Notes: a model not told the origin generated them from the letters alone. Numbered from the stretch's first letter, positions 43,687 through 59,004 are shown. The stretch is DNA of 64,000 bases from Octopus vulgaris (GCA_951406725.2 OX597825.1:38626001-38690000); one strand, 5' to 3'. Numbers and translations are program-made.

Positions 43687-44818
43687 GCGTGTGTGTGTGC
43701 GTGTGTGTGTGTATGTGTGCGCGCGTGTGTATGTACTTTGATCGTATAGGTATGCATTAGAACACCTTTGTTCATATCTGTGTTAGCATGAGCTCCATAT
43801 ACATGTAAACATGTACACAAACTGAAATATAAATACATATATCAACATACAAATAATCAGAACTGAGAGCAGCATATCAAACATTCTTTTTCAGCTACTG
43901 CTATCATGTATTTTGTATTTCTAAGTATGAAATATAAATCCTACTGTATAATAAACAATGAATATGACATATTTCAGAAACCTGCTTAGATGAACAAATT
44001 CGAAATAATATATAAGTTAGATATACGGTGAACAAAGTAGAATAGACGGTAGAGAAATGACACATTAATAGGTTTATAATTTGTGTCCTTAATTTAAAAT
44101 AAAGTGTGAATCATTAAGACATACAGGATTCTCATACCTATCTTTTATAATTTTGCTTTCCCTCGTTTCAACTCTCAATCACGCATTCCTCGTAAACTAA
44201 TAAATTAACAGCATACAATCAATATATGCACAATTTATTAGAACATGTTCATCGAATAAAAAGGAAAGCTTGTGTCATTAACCATCCTCATAGTTATTAC
44301 TACAGTCACTTTTAGCTCTCTCATTTCATCACTAGCCTGACCACTCGAAATTCACCAGCCAACATTTTTCAATTAGGCGGAAGTTATGTTGTTGAAAGGA
44401 AAAGATTAGTCTCAAATTAAGTGATATTTGAAAATGTCCACTTTTTGCTTCCGTAAGCCTTTTTGTATATTTCTTTCATTTTACATTAATTTTTATTGAC
44501 GAGCTCTATTAATTTATAAATTGATAATATCACATCTGTATCAAATGCAATTGAGAACTTTAAAATATACAGTTCATATTTAGCTACAAATTTCAACAGA
44601 TTGCTATGTTACAAAACACACGTTGTCAAATCTCAGAGTGATTACGTTAATTTTACCATTTATGCTTCAAAACCATAAATTTCTCCCATCAGTTGTGAAT
44701 CCCACACGGTGATGTTCCAAATTTAGTGGGTGATTTATACCCTGTCGCCCCGGCTGAATGATTTACCGATTGTGCAGACCTCGGTAAATATACATACATA
44801 CATACATACATACATACA

Positions 44819-44850
<32 letters not shown>

Positions 44851-44857
44851 CATATAC

Positions 44858-44897
<40 letters not shown>

Positions 44898-44934
44898 TTG
44901 TGTGTATGTATGTATGTATATATATATTTCATTA

Positions 44935-45814
44935 GCTCATTCGCGACCATGTTGCCGCTGTTGCCCCTACTGTATATGTTCTCAGGAGAGCAATAAAACT
45001 GTTTCTTCCTTCACTTATCTTGATTCCAGTGTGTCCAATGATGCGAATATGGATAAAGGAATCTAGTCCAAAATTGGGATCGCTAGCTTTATCACAGGCT
45101 ATGAAACAGCTATGACGTATCATTGAACGTGTAACTTAAAGTATCTTGACAACATTGCTTTATGCTGAATATTGGATTCTGTACCGAAAGCACACCAATC
45201 AGTATGATGCGTTTCATATGCAATGCTTCAGCACTGTCTCCAACGTAAAACTGAGTGACCATATTCGGAAGAGTGAGTTAATTTCAAAATGCAACATCTC
45301 AGGTATTGAAGCCATCCTCATCAAAATATCGCTTAGAGGGTCAGCTCATCACTCACGTATAAGAGATATCATAATTCTGAAGCATGTTCCTTTTGGCCAA
45401 TTCCAAACAGGAAGGCCATTTAGAAGGCCACTCTTGCGCTTCAGAGACAAACTGACAGACAATCTGCAACATACCCTGTTCTTCCTGGGCAAACAAAGCA
45501 TCAGAACGGACGACCATGCACCAGTCTTGCCTCTCTCAGTTCAAAAATTTGAACAAAATCGACTCCAACAAGGGGACCAACTTAGTGTAAGCATGAAGGC
45601 ACGCTGGCAAAACACTCCTCAGCTAAATGAAAACTTTTCCTGCCATAGACTTGTAGAACGAAGCAGAGCAGGCTTATCCATCCAGTCAAAGAAACACATT
45701 GTAAATAATCGAAAAGCACTCAAGCAAACTGAGGCCTCACCGTGTTCCACTCGTCAAAAGATTTGTAAGGTACCATTAGGCCTCAAGAGACAAATTCGTG
45801 TCCATGGAAAATAA
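44935..45814 (+). mobile_element. RTE-type LINE 3' fragment (RT end and C-terminus, degenerate)
   Basis: TVSSFTYLDSSVSNDANMDK, TTLLY.EYWILYRKH...AFHMQC...SGIEAIL...GRPFRRPLLRFRDKL, and a degenerate C-terminal C2H2-like motif. Confidence 0.88.
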
Positions 45815-45923
45815 TCGATGCTCTATTTTATTGAACCGACATTCGCTGTTAATAAGAGATTCCATCATATATATATATATATATATATAATCATAAACAC
45901 ACACGCACACACTCATATGTATG

Positions 45924-45972
<49 letters not shown>

Positions 45973-47202
45973 GTGTGTGTGTGTATATATATATATGCAT
46001 GTATGTATGTATTTATGTTTATATTATTATGGTGTGGATGCCAAAAATTTTGCGATGAGTGCTCATTCAGTTTCTGTTTATCTCCACTTGATTTTGTAAA
46101 AATATTACTGACAATTTTCAGTTTCGTCCAATATAGGGATCAGTTCCATAGATTAGAAGCTATTGTTTTAAATCGATTCTGTCTTCGAATGTAGAGCGCT
46201 TGGTAGACGATGTTTGTCGTTTTAAATTGAACAACAATAAAAATGCTATGTTGGATGAAAATCGAAAAATAGAAATTAAACAACCCACGAACATTTCGGA
46301 ATTATAACGGCACCGTAAAGGAAAGAAAAGTTTTGTAAACAAAAATATGGCCTGAGATTAAGAGAACATAAGAATGTGGAAAGAGAAAGCGCAAAATAGA
46401 TGTCTGAGTCGAGACATCGTCAAAAATTAAAGTATTAATGTCATTCTAGTCGAGTAAATTTGTTTTTCATTTCCTAGTTATGTCATATAGAATATTTTGA
46501 AGTGTTCCATTTCTCAAGCGATACGCATCTGGTGTTTAAATAGAATTATTGGTTGTATGGATTTTGAGGATATTCTTTATTATAAGGTGTGCACAGATCA
46601 CACATTTTCCCAGCAGTTTGCAGTTTGTATCCCAAATTCTTCAGCTTATAAGAATTTACCATAATGAATATTCCCATGCTGAGAGATGGACTAGCAATTT
46701 CATTAATATTGTTTATGTGTTTCATTTTAACACTTAGGCGCCGAATGACTTTCATTTTTTTGGCTACTTTTCCACATACATTTCTCTTCTTCTACACCGC
46801 AGTTATTTTACTTGAAGCTATAAATCTCGATCATTTACACATATTCTTTTCTTATCCCACTAACTAAAAATATTTTAATTTATTTTCTTCTTCATCATTT
46901 GCAAATTCAACTACAGACATTATTCAATGGAAATAATTCAACATTGTCTAGAATAAATAACTAAATCAACTAAAGTGAAAACTGACAACAATATTTATCA
47001 CAATATTTTTGTAAATATCTGGAGATAACGAAAACTGGAATGAGCGCCGATACGAAACCCAGTTGACCAATATTATAGAAACCCATTCCACTACACTACG
47101 TTATTAAGTTTATATATTTCGAATTTTGATATTGCATATCGCACATGATGTATGATATTTGATGTAAATACACCTATGTACACGTGTTTGTATGTCTGTG
47201 TG

Positions 47203-47745
47203 TCATCATCATCATCGTTTAACGTCCGTCTTCCGTGTTGGCATGAGTCGGATGGTTAGACAGGAGCTGACCAGCTTAAGAGCTGTTCAGGCTCTCTGTT
47301 TTGGCATGGTCTGTACAGGTGGATGCTCTCCATAATGCCAACCACTTTACAGAGTGTACTAAGTGCTTTGATAGTGCACCAGCACTTATAAACCCGCAAG
47401 ATTAGGGATGCTCAGCTGGAAAGCGTTACCTGTATTGAAGGACAACTGCGCTTTTACTCAGCTTGACGTGTTGCTCAAGCACAGCCATCTCTCAAGAGTC
47501 TCGGTGCTTTGTCATTCCCTCTGTGAGTCCTAACGTTTGTAAACCATTTCTCACCACTTTGTCCCACTTCTCCCTGGGTCTACCCCTTCCATATGTTCCT
47601 TCTAAAATTAGAATTCGGTAACTTTTGATACAACTGCCTTCATTCATACACATTATATGGCCATACCAGAGCAGTCTTCTATCTTGTACGCTACATATGA
47701 TTCCTCGTATACCCAGATTTTCTCTCAAATAACTCACTCTGTCGT
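47203..47745 (-). mobile_element. RTE-type LINE 3' end with (GAT)n tail
   Basis: LRENLGIRGI..SVQDRRLLWYGHIM.M...LEGT.GRGRPREKWDKVVR; UTR ends ...GGACGTTAAAC(GAT)n. Confidence 0.88.
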
Positions 47746-48171
47746 ATATCTACAATAATATGTATAATAATACATGAATCTCGCAACGTCCGATTATTCA
47801 TATGATACACGAAAAACCAAATCTGTGCAAGATGTTATTGAAGACGAAGGGATTGGAATGCAATGGTGTTTTTTTTTACAAAGCTTACGGAGATTATGCA
47901 TATATATATTTTTGAAGGAACTAATGCGAAATAGGTATAGAATTAAGTCGGTAGTATTTGTGTGTTGTAGATATAACTTTCTAACAAAACAATTTCAATA
48001 ATTTATTAAATCTCAGAACGAGATGTAAACAGTAATCGCTCGAAAATGTAAAGTTTAATAACCATCTCAAGATTTAATAATGCTTGCAGTCAGTTTTTCG
48101 AAATCAGTGGCAGAAGTCACTAGAAAAACTCTTATATATTTGCAAACAGGCCTTGTCTTTCATCGAGATCC

Positions 48172-48388
48172 GGTGATTACCGCCCGTTGATAAGAGACAA
48201 TAATCTCGAAACCGCGGTCCGGTGCGTATCACTCAGGCTTACGAGAAAGGGATGGCCTCCCTTTGCAAATACCATAAGAGCACAGAAAGTGTGTCTAAAG
48301 ACAGCTGGAGACGATGATCTCCTGGGGCTAAAAAGCTACAGTAACACCCTCCTTTGTGGTTAGCCATATTCAGATGGCTATTAAACTT
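48172..48388 (+). mobile_element. ~200-bp structured repeat carrying a hammerhead motif, copy 1
   Basis: Homologous to 63104-63296 plus a 24-nt indel; several short hairpins follow the HHR. Confidence 0.85.
48181..48226 (+). ncRNA. minimal type I hammerhead ribozyme, U3-A8 variant
   Basis: CGCCCG-TTGATAA-GAGA(CAATAA)TCTC-GAAA-C(CGCG)G-TC-CGGTGCG; predicted cleavage after C48219. Confidence 0.8.
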
Positions 48389-49841
48389 TACAATATCAAT
48401 AATATTCGTAAGAATGAGAAAAATATTTGCATGATCAATTGCTGTCGTTTACATAATTCAGTGTAGTTAGTTGCCTTATGGTTGCTATGAATTTTAAAAC
48501 CCAGCAAAACTCAGTGTAACTTTTTCACGCATGAAAACAATCAGCATTGTTCTCGTGCTCACTTTTATTAATTATATTGCATAAAAACCTAAGCAGCCAT
48601 TTCTTTTTGCATTCCTAGTCTTGCAACGTTTTTGCAATGACTTTACAGGGCCAATATCGCATTAGTGGCAAAATGAGATTAACTTTGATTTTGTTTTTCA
48701 ATTAAAGCGTAACTATATTCGTTAAGAAAGAGACATTGTTTTCTCCACTGCATGAACTAAAAATTTAGGGTTATATATATCTGAGTATGCGTTTGTGAGC
48801 GTTTTTTAGGTGTGTACATACACACATACCCATAACACATATCTAAGATAACCCTCGGGAGAATTAAGGAATAGCAGACACCCGAATTTCCCAGACTAAC
48901 AAGGAAAGGTATCGTTCTTTAGGTTTAGAATAACTTCTAGAATGTTATGCATTGGCCATTCGACTAGTCTACGCACGCTATTCTAACCCGCTTTTTAAAA
49001 AAATGTATTTGAATTTAGCGCTTAATTATCAGTTGTTATTTTCAATTCCGATAATACTTAAATCTGTTGAGGAAGTGTTTGTCAGGGGGAAAAAACGCTC
49101 TTTCTTTAATCATCCTGAATTTATTAATCATAATAATTATTTCATCATTGCAAACAGCCAAGTAAACTGCTACCATCCTTAATTCAGAAAAAGGAGACAG
49201 TGATGTGATATTCCAGTTGCCTGACACTACCTGTTTAGTGTAAGTTATTGGCAGTTAAGTACGCTTGATGTTTGAATGACCTGGTGGGTTACGATTCATT
49301 TGATCCTAACAGACTTCAACAGAACAAACGCACATTTAGCGTTTAAAAGAATCTTTGATGCACATACTGGTCAGCATTTCCTTTTGTCCTTCCCAAGTGT
49401 AAAAATGAGAATGGTTTTTCGGATGAATGATCTAATAAATCATAATTGAATAGAAATATAAATAATTTGACAGCGCTTTTAAAAATAACAAAAAAGCGTT
49501 TCATTGATATCCCAAAAGGAAAAACAAATATGTATGTAAACGTGAATGCTATTCGGTTCTTTCAAAATATATTGCTAATGTTTTTCGTGTCTATATTCTG
49601 TATCGCAAATAACAAAATGTTATGTAGAATTCGAAAAATATAACGATGACGTGTACCATACACATTTAAACGCGTACATTTAATATTCTAGAAATAGGTG
49701 GCATAACGGCCACTGATACCACACACTTTTCTGTAGTTGTAGAGTTCGTATACCGGGAGAAAATACGGATGATCACAAATGAAAAGCATCTAATCATAGG
49801 TCAACTCAATCAGAGTACCCCGAGATTTATTACTAACAATA

Positions 49842-49916
<75 letters not shown>

Positions 49917-51387
49917 AAGTTAATCTGAAACAAATGGTTCTGTATATATGATCCACCATTACAGTAGTTTAATGTGATTACGCTCCGAAACAACTAAACA
50001 ACATTTATGTTGCACGCTCAAAACAAGAGCAAGCCTTATGGGTGTTGTTTGCAAAGTAGTAAATCCCTGCTAGGAAAGTAATTTTCATTGTTTTAACAAA
50101 AAGCAAAATAACAATAAAAATAAGTTATACTAGATCTAAGAAACACAGCTTCCATAAAGAAGAGGCTTGATAGGGTGAACACAAATATATTAATGTTAGA
50201 TAGAAACTAAATATACACAAAATAGAGAATTTTGGCACACAATAAAAATATGCTTAAAGCATAGAAGTCATAGGAAGTATAACAATATATCGGGATAGGG
50301 GGACTCAGGGAGGATAAGGTTTCATCAAGCAATGGTTACCAGAATAGATAACATATGGGTTCTCTAAACATATCGAAGTAGTACAAAAGAAATAGCTACA
50401 CACAAAAGAGATAGAAATATACCAACGGGAATCTAAAATAATCTAATTGATTGTGTATTGATGACGGCCTTGAGGAAAACGAGATCGGAATTTAATTATG
50501 TTACCTTCATATCTTTTACATTGATATTCTAAATACCTAAAAATTTTATTCGGTTAAGTAAAGAGAAGGAAGATTGATAATGAGCGTGAGAGAGATAAAG
50601 ACAAAGAGTAAGAGAGAGACAGGGTAAAGTAAATAAGGTGAAAGAGAGAGAGTGAGAGAAAGAGCGATAACAAGGAGGAGAAAGAAAAAGAGAACAAGAG
50701 AGAAAGAGACAGAGAGGTAGCAAGCGGGTGAGCGTGAATAGCAAAGTGAACAAACGATTTAGAAATGAATAAAAATACTAATACTAATGAGAAGAAATAT
50801 TCTCTGATGTAGAAGTATGAGTGACATAAATGTGTCCTTGAATAATCATTTTAAGCTTTTTTTTAAATTCAAAATCATGTAACTGTAAAGAAAATTCTAT
50901 GAAAATCTATCTATATATCGATTATAAGTTTCACCAAAAATCAAGAGGAAAATCTAATCATGCTGAATGAGAACACATCTGATGTAAACATAGAGGGCAA
51001 AGCTAATATCAGGAAAATGGGAAAGGGAAGGATAATACAATATCACAGGCTTGGATAAGCGACACTTAGCCGGGGACTAATCATGGATAAAAAGACTTCT
51101 AAGAACTGGATGTCAGATGGGATAACAATAATTCGCAATATGTTGCAAAGGTACACGAAGTGGAAATATGGCATCAGTAATTATTGTATTTCAACAGATA
51201 AGATGACCATCATATGATTGCTTACTAGATGCAAGATACTTTATATTGCAATCTACTTTTCAATCCTTTTCAGGTCAATTTTTGCTTGGCAAAGTATAGT
51301 ATCATCAAGTTTATATATCACTGCAATGCATTTCATTCCAACCTTACCAAATCTGTATTGCCTTATGTTTATCCATAAACATTGGTT

Positions 51388-51520
51388 ACAAATTTTGGCC
51401 ACCGATTTCGGGAGTGGAAAAGTCGACCTCGGTGGAATTTGAAATCACAATGTAAGGACAGACCAAATGCCACTAAGCAATTTGGCCTGGCGCGGTAACG
51501 CTACTTCCAGCTCACCGCCT
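51388..51520 (-). mobile_element. SINE family A (partial)
   Basis: AAAGTCGACCTCGGTGGAATTTGAA...CCAGCTCACCGCCT. Confidence 0.75.
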
Positions 51521-51715
51521 TATGTTACCCGTAAGTATTAATAATCCCCATACCTCGAAAAAAAAACCGGATAAGTTAGCAGAAGGACAATAATGCATTG
51601 AATTGTTGTAGTACTTATTCACAAACATCCATCTAAAAGACACAAAAACCGCCCCCCCCCCCCATGTGTATATATGATATATATTATCTGAAAATGGATG
51701 CGTGGCGTTCAATTA

Positions 51716-51752
<37 letters not shown>

Positions 51753-52389
51753 CATATATATATATGTGTATATATATCTATATGTATATATTTATATATA
51801 TGCATATATGGGTACAGGACGCCACCAACTACGTAAACAATACGAAATACGTAGACAAGGAGGTAAATACGTAAACAACGAGGAAAACATGGAAAATAGG
51901 ATAAGTAAACAGATAAACAACTTCTTCAGTTGGCTGTCTATTAAATCCTCACTTTGAGCATTCAACGACAATATGGGTCTTCAAACACAGTTGTTCCTAT
52001 ACATTCTTAAAAAGTTAGGACTAATGGAGGGTTGAAGTTGGCAACAGAAAGAGGACTGTAGAGATATACAAGGAAACGTGAAAATAAAAACATGGAGTGT
52101 TGTTAGACCAGAACGAGAGAGAAATAATGAACGCTGGAAGAAATAGTTTCTTTATAAAGATAAAATACAGTAGACAGAGAGAAAAAAGCGTCCAGAACTT
52201 TGAACGACCGTGCAGGAAAAGAAAGATTGTTGCGTGACGAAAGGAAAGTTGGATGATGGTCACGTGTGAGCAACGAGAAAGAGAGAAAGAGAAAGAGGGC
52301 AGAGAGACAGACAGACAGACAGACAGATAGAAGACGGCAAAAGAAGGAAGGGGAGAAAAAGGGAATTAAAGAAGGATGGGGTCAGAAAG

Positions 52390-52426
<37 letters not shown>

Positions 52427-53707
52427 CATACATTTATACATATATATATTATATATATATATATATGTACACGGTGTGCTTCCTTCAGTTTCCGTTAGAT
52501 AAAACCGGAAACAAGTTCCTTACCACACAGCGACTCCTGCGCGTATTGCAAAAATATTTACATGTGAAGAACTACAGTTTATTTAATTGACTATAAACTT
52601 TCACAAAATGAAGAACACATGAGCACTACAGAATAAATTTTCCATCTCTTAGCTTTGATCCCGGTTACTCCTCGAAAGTGATTTGATTCGACTAAATGCA
52701 TATATTCTGAATACTATAGAGTCACCAATTCTCTTTTGATTCAAATGTTAAGAATATTGCATAGAATTTTAAATGCAATAGTATCAATTATTTAAACTTC
52801 TTCACGCAATCTTTTGAATAATTTCTGACCCATACCAATTCATTCATTCAAGAAGATAATGAAAAGAAACTGGTGGTTGCTTCATGAAGGTTGTTACAGA
52901 GTAGGTTCATATTGTGTCCCTTTTTCACAGAAGTGATCCCAACTCGAGCCCAACATAAAAGGAGTCAGAGAACACAATTTCACTCGTGCTGATAGAACGG
53001 CGAGAATTTTGAAAATATTCTAGTGGTTCTTTACTCAGTTCTGGAATTTTGGGAATCACTGCACAAACACTCTGCCCTCCACATGCCGCAAGAAATGTTC
53101 TACAAAGTTGTAATAGCACTACTTCAAAGATTTCATTGTTTATGACGTAAAGTTTTCTCATCAAACATAATCATTCTCTTTCCATATCAATTAAACTCAG
53201 GTTTTCGTGGAAATAAACAGGAGGATTTATGTGTATAACTCATTTTCAGTATTTAGTTCCATTTATCACCACTTTCTACTAGATTTGTGGCCGATAATAA
53301 TTTTTAAAAAAATTTAATTTCTACAAATCGATAAAAACGTACGAAGTCACGTAGTAGACTCTGTTGAATCGGCTCTCTCCCTCTCTCACAAACACACTCT
53401 ATCTTTCTCTCTTTCTGTCTTTCACTCCTTCTGCTACACTTTTGTGACCTTGCATCAATGTTATATGCCAATATTACTATCAGTATTGCGTTCTCGCTTT
53501 CTTTTAAGATATTAGGTTAAGATTTTAACAGCAACGATCTGAAGCTTACTCAAAAGCTCGCCATGGATATAATAATTGGAAAATTGATAGCTGCAGGGAA
53601 TAATGCGTACATTCGTAAATATAATCACGCACGCAGAAAAATACACATACATAACACACCAAAACAGACACGCACATTTGTGTTTACATGTGCATATTAA
53701 GATTTAT

Positions 53708-53781
<74 letters not shown>

Positions 53782-54020
53782 CATATGTATATATTTATGT
53801 ATTACGTGTTTGTGTGTATGCGTGCCTATCATGTGTGTGTACATGACTGAAATTAAAACAGGAATAAGTACACAATAGAATTTGTAGAGTTCATTCATTT
53901 AGTCGCAAGTATGAGTTGATGGGGGGGGGGGGGCTGTGTCAATGGCAATTAAACAAATGTCTTTCTTTCTCCTCTCTCCAGCTCCTTTATTCTTTTTTCT
54001 ATCATTTATTTCTTTTCTTC

Positions 54021-54069
<49 letters not shown>

Positions 54070-55662
54070 CATTTTCATGTATCGCTGTATATATATATAT
54101 CAAAGTGACTCAACTCTGTGCCACTTAATGTTTAGTAAGCTCGTAGAAAGGAACCGTCTCGTCAGGCATATAGTCTCCACTCACACCTCTAGATACATAA
54201 ACATATACATAACTACTTGGATACCAGTTAATGCTCACGACGACGCAAATGACGACGAAAAACACATAAATACTTATATACACACACATGTGTGTGAGTG
54301 TGTGGTTTGTATGCATATGTACGCACGTATGTATGTATGTCTATATATTCTCTATGTATGTTTGCATATTAACATAAGCATTTATGTATATATATAAATA
54401 TATACATAGATAGCAGAGGCCAGACCAAAGACAGAATTTAGCCAGCATACACAATTTGTGAATGACTTTTATTGTTCAATCCCTGATACAAAATATCAAG
54501 GCTATAAGATAATTATATACATACATATGTGTGTACATGTGCACTGAGATCCCATGAATGATAAAGTTGTTTGTCTCGAAATTATAAGGGATGTGTTCAA
54601 TGTAACTTCAAAGCATATTGGGCAAAATACAGTTTGACTCATAAAACGTGGAAAATATCGGATGAACAGACACAGCGACATAGAATCTCGGGTGGATCTT
54701 TATTATATTTTAGTAGTTTGGGAACGAGACATTTGGATTTCAGTCAAGGAACACATATCAGCATCATAATCAATCTCTGCTTGTTAATTCTAGCAGTATC
54801 TTTTTCGAATGATAGAACACATGAAAAACATAGTCTATTCTGGAGACGATAAATTTCGAGGCGACACACTGACGCAGACTAAACCATGCATAAACACGTG
54901 CGTTTATGTGTATGAGAATGTATACACACACACGCACACACTCGCACACACATATATATATGAACACACACACTTAAATATATACATATATACATAGATA
55001 TAGACACACACACACACACACACACATATTATATATATATATATATATATATAACGCATGTCTGTGATTATGTATGTATATATATATATATATATATATA
55101 TACACAAAACATACTTAAGTGTATAATCATACATAAATGCATACATACATTCATACAAATGTATCTATATGTCTGCTTTGTGCGTGTCTTCATACACTGA
55201 GACATAAACATAGGCGAAACAAGGAGTCTGAAATACGGTGTCATAGTGAGGTATAGACTATATTTCTATTGTACGTTTTGTAGAAAAAACAGTTCAGTTG
55301 AAATCAGAGCTCCATCGATCCATTCATTTGTTCACCCTTATAAATGTTTCGCTGACATGTAAAAACATAACTCTAACAAACAGTTATGTATAACGACACG
55401 TCAATATTGTTGCTTTTAATATATAGCTGTGTTGATTACTACGTCTAAAATGTAGTTTTGTGTTTGCCGTGAAACGTAACAATAGTTTATGCTGATTATT
55501 CACAATGATTTTGAAGTCTATAATGAAAATTTAAGGTTTAATACAGTGATTATTATCGTACTGACGTATTTGCTACAGTATTCGGGGGGGGGGGAGGTAA
55601 AAGCAAAAGGGAGACAACTCAGAACTGTTTTGCAGTCAACGCCGAAGTATATAGTATATCAC

Positions 55663-56241
55663 TTGGCGACGAGCTGGCAGAGTCATTAGCACGCCGGGCA
55701 AAATGCTTAACGGTATTTCGTCTGCCGTTACGTTCTGAGTTCAAATTCCGCCGAAGTCGACTTTGCCGTTCATCCTTTCGGGGTCGATAAATTAAGTACC
55801 AGTTACGCACTGGGGTTGATGTAATCGACTTAATCCGTTCATCTGTCTTTGTTTGTCCTCTCTGTGTTTAGTTCCTTGTGGGTAGTAAAGAAATAGGTAT
55901 TTCGTCTGCCGCTACGTTCTGAGTTCAAATTCCGCCGAGGTCGACGTTGCCTTTCATCCTTTCGGGATCGATTAAATAAGTAACAGTTACGCACTGGGGT
56001 CGATATAATCGACATAATCCGTTTGTCTGTCCTTGTTTGTCCTCTCTGTGTTTAGCCTCTTGTGGGTAGTAAAGAAATAGGTATTTCGTCTTTCTTCAAT
56101 TTCAGAGTTCAAATGCCGCTGGGGTCGACTTTGCCATTCATCATTTCGGGGTCGATAAATAAAATACCAGTTACGAACTGAAGTCAATGTAATCGACAAG
56201 TCCCCTTCCCGAAAATTTCAGACCTTGTGCCTATAGTAGAA
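55663..56241 (+). mobile_element. SINE family A trimer (184-bp period) with one 18-bp TSD
   Basis: GGTATTTCGTCT recurs at 55712, 55896 and 56080; flanked by AAGTATAT[A/C]GTATATCAC at 55645-55662 and 56242-56259. Confidence 0.9.
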
Positions 56242-57223
56242 AAGTATATCGTATATCACCTTATTTAACTGTTGTATAGAAATATTCCCTTCTTACGTTC
56301 AAAAATATAGATTCCGTTAATAACTTTGCATAGATATCTAATTCTTATGACGCCACTGGATCTGGTTTTTTGTATGAGAATTTTGTAACCACTTCTTTTA
56401 CACCTATGTTAAACCAGCTTGATAAAACACATCCTCTTTTGTAGAGTAATTATCGTTAAAATTGTAGTTTATAAAATTTGGAAGATAATTGACTTAGTTC
56501 AATACAAACATATTCAGATTAAATTACTCAGTTCTCTCCCGAAGCAATCCTTTTTAAGAATAATTTTCAACTTAAATTGTGCTTTGAGAATCAAATAATA
56601 CTTTTATATTTTCTAAGCATTAAATGCTCAGAATAAAAATACAGTTATAATCTTATCACAATTTAAGCATGATTTGTTCATACGAGTAGAGAAACACAAA
56701 CAGACAGAGATGCACACATGTGTGTGGGTGTGATTACACACGAGATAAATTCTTTACAGTGATATTTATTTATTTTTAATTATTAACAGATGTTTACTAA
56801 TTCTCACTGGATATAATTTTATTTCTACGGATTAAATATAAATATTTTATGTTTCTTTCACCCTTTATTTCTTTGTACATGTTATTCTAACCTACTTTCT
56901 TGCCATTATGCTATTTATGATTGTATTTATTTCTTAAAATAAAATAATATATAGTATATTCTAAAAACACAAAATATTGGATTCGAAACAAATGGTCATG
57001 ATAGATATTACATAAAAATATCAAATAATTAAGTCGAAAAACCTATTTCTCAATATAAAGTGGCTTGATCTATCTTAGAAATACGTATGGCAAATAAGGA
57101 TTCGAAAAGAAAAACGATAAATTTGATGATACAATTTACATTCAACAGCTAAGTGGGACAATGGCAGCGATTGTATGAAGCAATCGATTAAAGAGGACAC
57201 ACGCACGTAGTCACACACGCAGA

Positions 57224-57316
<93 letters not shown>

Positions 57317-57669
57317 TCACAATCAAGGAACGGCCATAGTAGGCCATTCACCCACTAGAAATAACAGCCAAAGCTTCAACCGCAAAATAACATTAATTCC
57401 GCAAACCAGGAGAACATTTTTTCCCACTAGGCCGCTGGTGGCAAAAAAATTCTACAAAATTTTTTGCCACCCTATATTGATTAATTATATATATATATAT
57501 ATATATACATACATAAAAGAGTGAGACAGTGAGAGAAAGAGAGGAAGAATAACATGCACAGACATACATAAGCACACGCATACATATGTACATTTATAGC
57601 TACGTAAATATTTAAGTATATACATATATTAAATGTGCTATTACCTACACAAACACACCCACACATCCA

Positions 57670-57733
<64 letters not shown>

Positions 57734-59004
57734 CTTTTATAACTACGTACGTATGTACGCACACACCAGTATACATATAAGTAAATAAACACACACACAC
57801 ACATATACGCACATAAATCCAATATCGGGGAGAGAAAAATAGTGCAAGCGGAATATTAAAGTATATTTTCAGCTGAAAGATAAAAAAGTGACTGAGCGGA
57901 TTATTAAGTGTGATTCAATTCTGAGTAGATATAGAGTGTTTAATGCTAATGGAGAACTTAGTAATGTATTGCCAGTAATCTTAATTGGTTTACATACGCT
58001 CAGCTCCTGGCTGTTGATAATTTATTAACTCAAAGCTCCTTTGAATCTCAGATATATATCGAATGACCTTTTCCGTTAATAATTTTACTCAAATCATTTA
58101 TATCTTTAGCTGTTTCGTAGACCCTCTCTCTCCTTCTCTCTATCTCTCTCACTCTGTACTAACACATATACAATTGCGTGTATATAATTACATAATTCAT
58201 GAACATAAACTTATCATCCCACCCACACAAACACTCACACGCACACACGCATATCATACACGCACATCATAGACACACGCACAAACAAACATTTACATTT
58301 AGCATCAATCAACCAAAGCATAATTCGTATCCAAACCTCGTTGTACTCCGAAAAGAATGTCTATCTTGTTTTTTAAAGGACTGCAGACTCTAAGTATACA
58401 CACCGGTTCTATTACGATGTCATTGCTGAAGGGTTTTCAAATAATCTGGCACTTGGGGCCAACTGAAGAACTGTTGTTATTTATGTGTGAACGAAAGAAT
58501 CGACCAAAACATATGTAGTACGGATCGATCTTCACTTTCATTAGTCATACAGTCGGGAGTGCACCGAAAATATCATGCAATGAATACTAATAGTGTAATT
58601 AAAGGAGGACCCATGAGGGAAAGCAGTTTTTTGTAAGGGAAGATAGAAAGATGGTAAGAAGTTTTATCTTTACTTTCTTAACTTTTTGCGATGGATGAAA
58701 TTACAGACATAAATGTTCAGAAAGACTGGGTCCTTTTATCACACAGGCAACTTCACTATCAATAAACAATTCGCTTTAACATGCGGTTGACATCACCCAA
58801 CGTGGGATAGAAGCACATCTGGCGTCCTCATGGGCCGCTGCTGTATGATTTTGCGATGTAGATGTATACTTTGGTCTTATACTCAATAAATCTAAAAGAA
58901 TAAGTTTCTCCGAATGAGTAACAAATTTACTATTTAATTTCATTAAGTATGATACGCAGCAATGGTTATTTGAAAATAATGATGCTTCAGTTGCACATAA
59001 CAAA

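Noticed and set aside
51915-51975. Minus-strand CTGAAGAAG preceded by GCTCAAAG inside a TA-flanked island (possible type II HHR)
   Set aside because: GAAA is absent and the stems are weak in this copy, so it cannot be supported from this window.
52930-53200. Minus-strand FVEHFLRHVEGRVFV resembling Gypsy RNase H
   Set aside because: Single short motif surrounded by stops; needs a profile search to be credible.
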